Virus record (IMG/VR): IMGVR_UViG_3300023174_000047
Span: 139,775-203,774 of that record
Source of the DNA: a virus
Taxonomy: Duplodnaviria; Caudoviricetes
Length of the DNA stretch: 64,000 bases
Reading direction: 5' to 3' (one strand)
Positions within the stretch are counted from its first letter, which is position 1, and every line of letters starts with the position of its first letter. Below the pieces are notes generated by a model, which was given only the letters and a program-made list of their open reading frames with translations, searched no databases and had not been told where the DNA came from. Below are positions 58,867 to 64,000 of the stretch, piece by piece. The position numbers and the translations under genes were made by a program.

Positions 58867-59373
58867 ATGAATAAAGACAACAAAAACATCATGATGCTGT
58901 ATGAAAATGCAATGCAGCAGCCAACTATGACTGTTGATAGATATGGCAATAAAATATGGAGACTCGATGGCAAATGGCACCGGGAAGACGGACCTGCTTA
59001 TGAATATGCAAATGGAGATAAAGAATGGTATTTGCATGGCAAGTTGCATAGAGAAGATGGTCCTGCTGCTGAACATGCAGACGGAACTAAGGCATGGTAT
59101 TTGAATGGCTTCTATCATAGAGAAAATGGCCCCGCCGTTGAAAGAGCAAATGGAACTAAAGCATGGTGGTTGCATGGCAAGTTGCATAGAGAAGATGGCC
59201 CTGCTATTGAACGCGCAGACGGATATAAATCATGGTATGTAAATGACATTAAATATGAGGATATCTTTGCATGGGCCGAGGCATTACTTAAAATGAAAGG
59301 CATCAATGATCCTTCTGAAGATCAAATCAATGGTAAAGTGCAGCAAGCAACATCTGCAAGTATATTGGATTAA
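58867..59373 (+). CDS. Array gene 10, class A, 4 repeats
   Basis: TAAATA-tacac-ATG; 168 aa. Confidence 0.92.
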   Translation: MNKDNKNIMMLYENAMQQPTMTVDRYGNKIWRLDGKWHREDGPAYEYANGDKEWYLHGKLHREDGPAAEHADGTKAWYLNGFYHRENGPAVERANGTKAWWLHGKLHREDGPAIERADGYKSWYVNDIKYEDIFAWAEALLKMKGINDPSEDQINGKVQQATSASILD

Positions 59374-59414
59374 AATGCTTGAACATCTGCAATGGAGACA
59401 TTATATTGAAAGCA

Positions 59415-59891
59415 ATGAATAATAATACAATGCAGCAGCCAATTATGATTGTTGATGAGTATGGCACTAAAAGATGGAAGCTCAATAGCAAACGGCATAG
59501 AGAAGATGGTCCTGCTGTTGAATGTGCAAATGGAGATAAATATTGGTTTTTGAATGACAAGGCGCATAGAGAGGATGGTCCCGCCGTTGAGCTTACAGAC
59601 GGAACTAAGGAATGGTACTTGCATGGCAAGATGCATAGAGAAGATGGACCCGCTGTTGAGTATGCTAATGGAGATAAATATTGGTATTTGAATAGCAAAG
59701 CGCATAGAGAAGATGGACCTGCCATTGAATATGCAGATGGAACTAAAGCATGGTACTTGCATGGCAACTGGTATAAAAATGTATTTGCATGGGCCAAAGC
59801 ATTACTTAAAATGAAAGGCATCAATGATCCTTCTGAAGATGAGATTAACGATAAAGTACAGCAAGCAACATCTGCAAGTATATTGGATTAA
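59415..59891 (+). CDS. Array gene 11, class B, 4 repeats
   Basis: TTGAAC(59379)-17-TATATT-7-ATG. Confidence 0.9.
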   Translation: MNNNTMQQPIMIVDEYGTKRWKLNSKRHREDGPAVECANGDKYWFLNDKAHREDGPAVELTDGTKEWYLHGKMHREDGPAVEYANGDKYWYLNSKAHREDGPAIEYADGTKAWYLHGNWYKNVFAWAKALLKMKGINDPSEDEINDKVQQATSASILD

Positions 59892-59931
59892 AATACTTGA
59901 ACATCTACAGTAAAGACATTACATTAAAGCA

Positions 59932-60339
59932 ATGAATGAAAATGCAATGCATCAGCCAACTATGACTGTTGATAGATATGGTAATAAAATATGGATGCTC
60001 AATGGCAAGCGGCATAAAGAAGATGGACCTGCCGTTGAAAATGCAAATGGATGTAAATTGTGGTATTTGCATGGCGAGGTGCATAGAGAAGATGGTCCTG
60101 CCGTTGAATATGCAAATGGAGATAAAGCATGGTATTTGAATGGCGTGTGGCATAGAGAAGATGGTCCTGCCATTGAACGTGCAAATGGATTTAAATCATG
60201 GTGGTTGCATGGCAAATGTTATGAAGATGCATTTACCTGGTCTAGAGTCCTACTTAAAATGAAAGGGATCAATGATCCGTCTGAAGATGAGATTAACGAT
60301 AAAGTACAGCAAGCAACATCTGCAAGTATATTGGATTAA
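59932..60339 (+). CDS. Array gene 12, class B, 3 repeats
   Basis: TTGAAC(59897)-17-TACATT-6-ATG. Confidence 0.9.
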   Translation: MNENAMHQPTMTVDRYGNKIWMLNGKRHKEDGPAVENANGCKLWYLHGEVHREDGPAVEYANGDKAWYLNGVWHREDGPAIERANGFKSWWLHGKCYEDAFTWSRVLLKMKGINDPSEDEINDKVQQATSASILD

Positions 60340-60379
60340 AATGCCTGGATATCTATAATAAAGACATTACATTAAAGCA

Positions 60380-60787
60380 ATGAATGAAAATGCAATGCAC
60401 CAGCCAACTATAATTGTTGATAGGCGCGGCAATAAAACATGGATACTCAATGGTAAATATCATAGAGAAGATGGCCCTGCCTTTGAATATCCTAATGGAA
60501 CTAAAATATGGTTTCTATATGGCAAGATGCATAGAGAAGATGGCCCTGCCATTGAATATGCAGATGGAAGTAAAGCATGGTACTTGCATGGCGTGTGGCA
60601 TAGAGAAGATGGACCTGCCATTGAATATGCAGATGGAACTAAAGCATGGTACTTGCATGGCAACTGGTGTGAAGATGTATTTGCATGGGCTCGAGCATTA
60701 CTTAAAATGAAAGGCATCAAAAAACCTTCTGAAGATGAGATCAATGATGAAGTGCAGCAAGTGACTTCTGCAAGTATATTGGATTAA
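60380..60787 (+). CDS. Array gene 13, class B, 3 repeats
   Basis: CTGGAT(60345)-17-TACATT-6-ATG (degenerate -35). Confidence 0.9.
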   Translation: MNENAMHQPTIIVDRRGNKTWILNGKYHREDGPAFEYPNGTKIWFLYGKMHREDGPAIEYADGSKAWYLHGVWHREDGPAIEYADGTKAWYLHGNWCEDVFAWARALLKMKGIKKPSEDEINDEVQQVTSASILD

Positions 60788-60828
60788 AATGCTTGAACAT
60801 CTGCAATGGAGACATTATATCGAAAGCA

Positions 60829-61443
60829 ATGAATGAAAATGCAATGCACCAGCCAACTATGACTGTTGATAGAGACGGCACTAAATGGTGGGAGCTCAAT
60901 GGCAAACGGCATAGAGAGGATGGCCCTGCCATTGAATGTGCAAATGGAGATAAATATTGGTTTTTGAATGACAAGGCGCATAGAGAGGATGGTCCCGCCG
61001 TTGAGCTTACAGACGGAACTAAGGAATGGTACTTGCATGGCAAGATGCATAGAGAAGATGGACCCGCTGTTGAGTATGCTAATGGAGATAAATATTGGTA
61101 TTTGAATAGCAAAGCGCATAGAGAGGATGGCCCTGCCGTTGAGCTTACAGACGGAACTAAGGAATGGTACTTGCATGGCAAGATGCATAGAGAGGATGGT
61201 CCCGCCGTTGAGCTTACAGACGGAACTAAGGAATGGTACTTGCATGGCAAGATGCATAGAGAAGATGGACCCGCTGTTGAAAATGCAAATGGAGATAAAG
61301 AATGGTATTTGCATGGCAAATATTATGAAGATGTATTTGCCTGGGCTAGAGCATTACTTAAAATGAAAGGCATCAAAAAACCTTCCGAAGATCAAATCAA
61401 TGATATAGTGCAGCAAGCAACATCTGCAAGTATATTGGATTAA
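60829..61443 (+). CDS. Array gene 14, class B, 6 repeats
   Basis: TTGAAC(60793)-17-TATATC-7-ATG; 204 aa. Confidence 0.9.
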   Translation: MNENAMHQPTMTVDRDGTKWWELNGKRHREDGPAIECANGDKYWFLNDKAHREDGPAVELTDGTKEWYLHGKMHREDGPAVEYANGDKYWYLNSKAHREDGPAVELTDGTKEWYLHGKMHREDGPAVELTDGTKEWYLHGKMHREDGPAVENANGDKEWYLHGKYYEDVFAWARALLKMKGIKKPSEDQINDIVQQATSASILD

Positions 61444-61483
61444 AATACTTGAACATCTACAATGGAGACTTTATATTAAAGCA

Positions 61484-61891
61484 ATGAATGAAAATGCAAT
61501 ACATCATCCAACTATGACTGTTGATACGAGTGGCACTAAATGGTGGAAACTCAATGGCAAATTGCACCGGGAAGACGGACCTGCCATTGAACATGCAGAT
61601 GGATATAAAACATGGTATTTGCATGGCGAGTTGCATAGAGAAGATGGACCAGCCTTCGAGTGGGCAAATGGAGATAAAGTATGGTGTTTGCATGGCAAGC
61701 GGCATAGAGAAGATGGTCCTGCCGTTGAGTATGCAAATGGACGCAAAGGTTGGTATTTGAACAACAGCCGATATGAAGATGTATTTGCATGGGCCAAGGC
61801 ATTACTTAAATTAAAAGGCATCAATGATCCGTCTGAAGATCAAATTAATGATAAAGTACAGCAAGTGACTTCATCAAGTATATTGGATTAA
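61484..61891 (+). CDS. Array gene 15, class B, 3 repeats
   Basis: TTGAAC(61449)-17-TATATT-6-ATG. Confidence 0.9.
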   Translation: MNENAIHHPTMTVDTSGTKWWKLNGKLHREDGPAIEHADGYKTWYLHGELHREDGPAFEWANGDKVWCLHGKRHREDGPAVEYANGRKGWYLNNSRYEDVFAWAKALLKLKGINDPSEDQINDKVQQVTSSSILD

Positions 61892-61901
61892 ATATACGCA
61901 T

Positions 61902-62615
61902 ATGAACAAAGACAACAAAAACATCATGATGCTGTATGAAAATGCAATGCATCAGCCAACTATGACTGTTGATACGAGTGGCACTAAATGGTGGAAGCTC
62001 AATGGCAAATTGCATAGAGAAGATGGTCCTGCCGTTGAATATGCAAATGGAGATAAAGCATGGTATTTGAATGGCAAATTGCATAGAGAAGATGGTCCTG
62101 CCGTTGAATATGCAAATGGAGATAAAGCATGGTATTTGAATGGCAAATTGCATAGAGAAGATGGTCCTGCCGTTGAATATGCAAATGGAGATAAAGCATG
62201 GTATTTGAATGGCGAGTTGCATAGAGAAGATGGTCCTGCTGTTGAACATGCAAGTGGAACTAAAGCATGGTACTTGCATGGCAAGATGCATAGAGAAGAT
62301 GGACCTGCTGTTGAGTATGCTAATGGATATAAAGCATGGTGGCTGAAAGGCAAATATCATAGAAAAGACGGCCCTGCCTATGAAGATGCAAATGGAACTA
62401 AAGCATGGTATTTGCATGGCAAGCGGCATAGAGAAGATGGACCTGCCATTGAATATGCAGATGGAACTAAAGCATGGTACTTGCATGGCAACTGGTATAA
62501 AAATGTATTTGCATGGGCCAAGGCATTACTTAAAATGAAAGGCATCAATGATCCTTCTGAAGATGAGATTAACGATAAAGTGCAGCAAGCAACATCTGCA
62601 AGTATATTGGATTAA
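61902..62615 (+). CDS. Array gene 16, class A, 7 repeats
   Basis: TAAATA-tacgcat-ATG; 237 aa. Confidence 0.92.
   Translation: MNKDNKNIMMLYENAMHQPTMTVDTSGTKWWKLNGKLHREDGPAVEYANGDKAWYLNGKLHREDGPAVEYANGDKAWYLNGKLHREDGPAVEYANGDKAWYLNGELHREDGPAVEHASGTKAWYLHGKMHREDGPAVEYANGYKAWWLKGKYHRKDGPAYEDANGTKAWYLHGKRHREDGPAIEYADGTKAWYLHGNWYKNVFAWAKALLKMKGINDPSEDEINDKVQQATSASILD
62001..62207 (+). repeat. Three identical 69-bp tandem copies
   Basis: aatggcaaattgcatagagaagatggtcctgccgttgaatatgcaaatggagataaagcatggtatttg x3. Confidence 0.93.
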
Positions 62616-62655
62616 AATGCTTGGATATCTGCAAAGAGACTTTATATTAAAAGTA

Positions 62656-63135
62656 ATGAATGAAAATGCAATGCAGCAGCCAACTATGATGGTTGATGAA
62701 AAAGGCACTAAATGGTGGACGCTCAATGGCAAATATCATAGAGAAGATGGACCTGCCATTGAACATGCAAGTGGATCTAAAGCATGGTGGTATTTGCATG
62801 GCAAGTTGCATAGAAAAGATGGCCCTGCCATTGAATATACAAATGGAGATAAAGAATGGTATTTGCATGGCAAGCGGCACAGAGAGGGTGGACCTGCTAT
62901 CGATTGGGTGAGCGGAACTAAAGCATGGTGGTTGAATGATAAATATCATAGAGAAGATGGCCCTGCTATTGAATATGCAGATGGAAATAAATCATGGTAT
63001 TTGAATGATGCATGGTATGAGGATGCAGTTGAATGGGCAGAAGCATTGCTTAAATTAAAAGGCAACAAAAATCCTTCTGAAGATGAGATTAACGATAAAG
63101 TACAGCAAGCAACATCTGCAAGTATATTGGATTAA
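62656..63135 (+). CDS. Array gene 17, class B, 4 repeats
   Basis: TTGGAT(62621)-16-TATATT-7-ATG; one-residue insertion (KAWWYL). Confidence 0.9.
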   Translation: MNENAMQQPTMMVDEKGTKWWTLNGKYHREDGPAIEHASGSKAWWYLHGKLHRKDGPAIEYTNGDKEWYLHGKRHREGGPAIDWVSGTKAWWLNDKYHREDGPAIEYADGNKSWYLNDAWYEDAVEWAEALLKLKGNKNPSEDEINDKVQQATSASILD

Positions 63136-63175
63136 AATGCTTGGATATCTATAATAAAGACATTACATTAAAGCA

Positions 63176-63583
63176 ATGAATGAAAATGCAATACATCAGC
63201 CAACTATGACTGTTGATGTGGGTGGCAATAAAATATGGAAGCTCAATGGCAAATATCACAGAGAAGATGGACCTGCTGCAGAATATGCTGATGGAGATAA
63301 AGCATGGTACTTGCATGGCATGCGGCACAGAAAAGATGGCCCTGCCTATGAAGGTGCAAATGGAGATAAATCATGGTATTTGCATGGTATGTTGCATAGA
63401 GAAGATGGACCTGCCTTTGAACATGCAAGTGGACGCAAAGGTTGGTATTTGCATGGCAAATGGTATGAAGATATATTTGAATGGGCTAGAGTCCTACTTA
63501 AAATGAAAGGCATCAATGATCCTTCTGAAGATCAAATCAATGATGTAGTGCAGCAAGTGACTTCTGCAAGTATATTGGATTAA
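63176..63583 (+). CDS. Array gene 18, class B, 3 repeats
   Basis: TTGGAT(63141)-17-TACATT-6-ATG. Confidence 0.9.
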   Translation: MNENAIHQPTMTVDVGGNKIWKLNGKYHREDGPAAEYADGDKAWYLHGMRHRKDGPAYEGANGDKSWYLHGMLHREDGPAFEHASGRKGWYLHGKWYEDIFEWARVLLKMKGINDPSEDQINDVVQQVTSASILD

Positions 63584-63593
63584 ATATACGCAT

Positions 63594-63962
63594 ATGAACA
63601 GAGACAACAAAAACATCATGATGCTGTATGAAAATGCAATGCAGCAGCCAACCATGACTGTTGATAAAGGTGGCACTAAATGGTGGAGGCTCAATGGCAA
63701 ATTGCATAGAGAAGATGGCCCCGCCGTTGAGTATACAAATGGAGATAGAGAATGGTATTTGAATGACAAGTTGCATAGAGAAGATGGCCCTGCTTTTGAA
63801 GGTGCAGATGGAGATAAAGAATGGTATTTGAATGGCAAATGGTGTAAAGATATATTTGCATGGGCTCGAGCATTACTTAAAATGAAAGGGATCAATGATC
63901 CGTCTGAAGATGAGATTAACGATAAAGTACAGCAAGCAACATCTGCAAGTATATTGGATTAA
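63594..63962 (+). CDS. Array gene 19, class A, 2 repeats
   Basis: TAAATA-tacgcat-ATG; 122 aa. Confidence 0.92.
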   Translation: MNRDNKNIMMLYENAMQQPTMTVDKGGTKWWRLNGKLHREDGPAVEYTNGDREWYLNDKLHREDGPAFEGADGDKEWYLNGKWCKDIFAWARALLKMKGINDPSEDEINDKVQQATSASILD

Positions 63963-63967
63963 AATGC

Positions 63968-63996
63968 CTGGATATCTATAATAAAGACATTACATT
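63968..63996 (+). promoter_or_regulatory. Class B promoter of a 20th array gene that starts just beyond the window
   Basis: CTGGAT-17-TACATT, same linker sequence as before gene 13. Confidence 0.8.
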
Positions 63997-64000
63997 AAAG

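Larger units (their letters stand above)
54427..64000 (+). repeat. Tandem array of HREDGPA-repeat paralogues (19 complete genes plus the promoter of a 20th); 69-bp internal repeat unit
   Basis: Each unit has the same N-cap and ...SILD* C-cap; gene lengths differ by multiples of 23 aa. Confidence 0.97.

Noticed and set aside
59375-59422. Mini-ORF MLEHLQWRHYIESNE in class B linkers
   Set aside because: Truncated or lacking a start in other copies (e.g. stop after MLEHLQ at 58032), so not conserved.
54815-63895. Many antisense and alternate-frame ORFs over the array (YSTAGPSSLC..., MQIPCF..., MEIKHG...)
   Set aside because: They are shadows of the periodic sense repeats, start and stop irregularly, and have no promoters.
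54427-64000. CRISPR array
   Set aside because: The repeats are 69-bp in-frame coding units and whole genes, with no unique spacers and no cas genes.
54427-64000. Diversity-generating retroelement acting on the array
   Set aside because: No reverse transcriptase or TR/VR pair in the window. Variation includes many non-adenine changes (e.g. GTT/ATT/TTT, TAT/CGT/GGT/TGG) and repeat-number changes. An RT elsewhere in the genome cannot be excluded.
1-64000. Stop-codon reassignment, as in some large phages
   Set aside because: Recognisable genes are full length in the standard code and end with TAA, TAG and TGA.

Overview
This AT-rich 64-kb window comes from a large T4-like (myovirus) phage genome. 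From left to right: (1) Tail and baseplate module at 1-20.5 kb: sheath, gp4, lysozyme, tube, gp54/26/51/29/48/53/27-like genes, gp25 and gp6. It is interrupted by a free-standing endonuclease gene and a dUTPase/clamp-loader island. (2) Minus-strand fibre genes built from shared WNYQGTDI repeats (21-30 kb). (3) Accessory region at 30-54 kb: RmlD/NRS-ER-like enzyme, three YopX genes, SET domain, phosphoesterase, HNH, Pnk, lysis cassette, RadA-like ATPase, two RNA ligases, tRNA-Leu(UAA), and two GC-rich islands, one with a complete integron attC-like site. (4) A tandem array of 19 complete paralogous genes encoding 23-aa HREDGPA-repeat proteins (54.4-64 kb, running off the window), plus three inverted copies at 42.1-43.5 kb. 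The strongest signal is that each array gene has one of two 5' cassettes. One is a T4-late-like TAAATA promoter with a 10-aa-longer N-terminal leader ending LYE, resembling a capsid-targeting/prohead-protease signal. The other is a sigma70-like -35/17/-10 promoter with no leader. I infer a recombining repertoire of repeat proteins made both as virion-packaged and as early-expressed forms. Many gene starts lie 4-7 nt downstream of a promoter core, implying leaderless mRNAs. Family calls come from motif recognition by eye; no database search was run.
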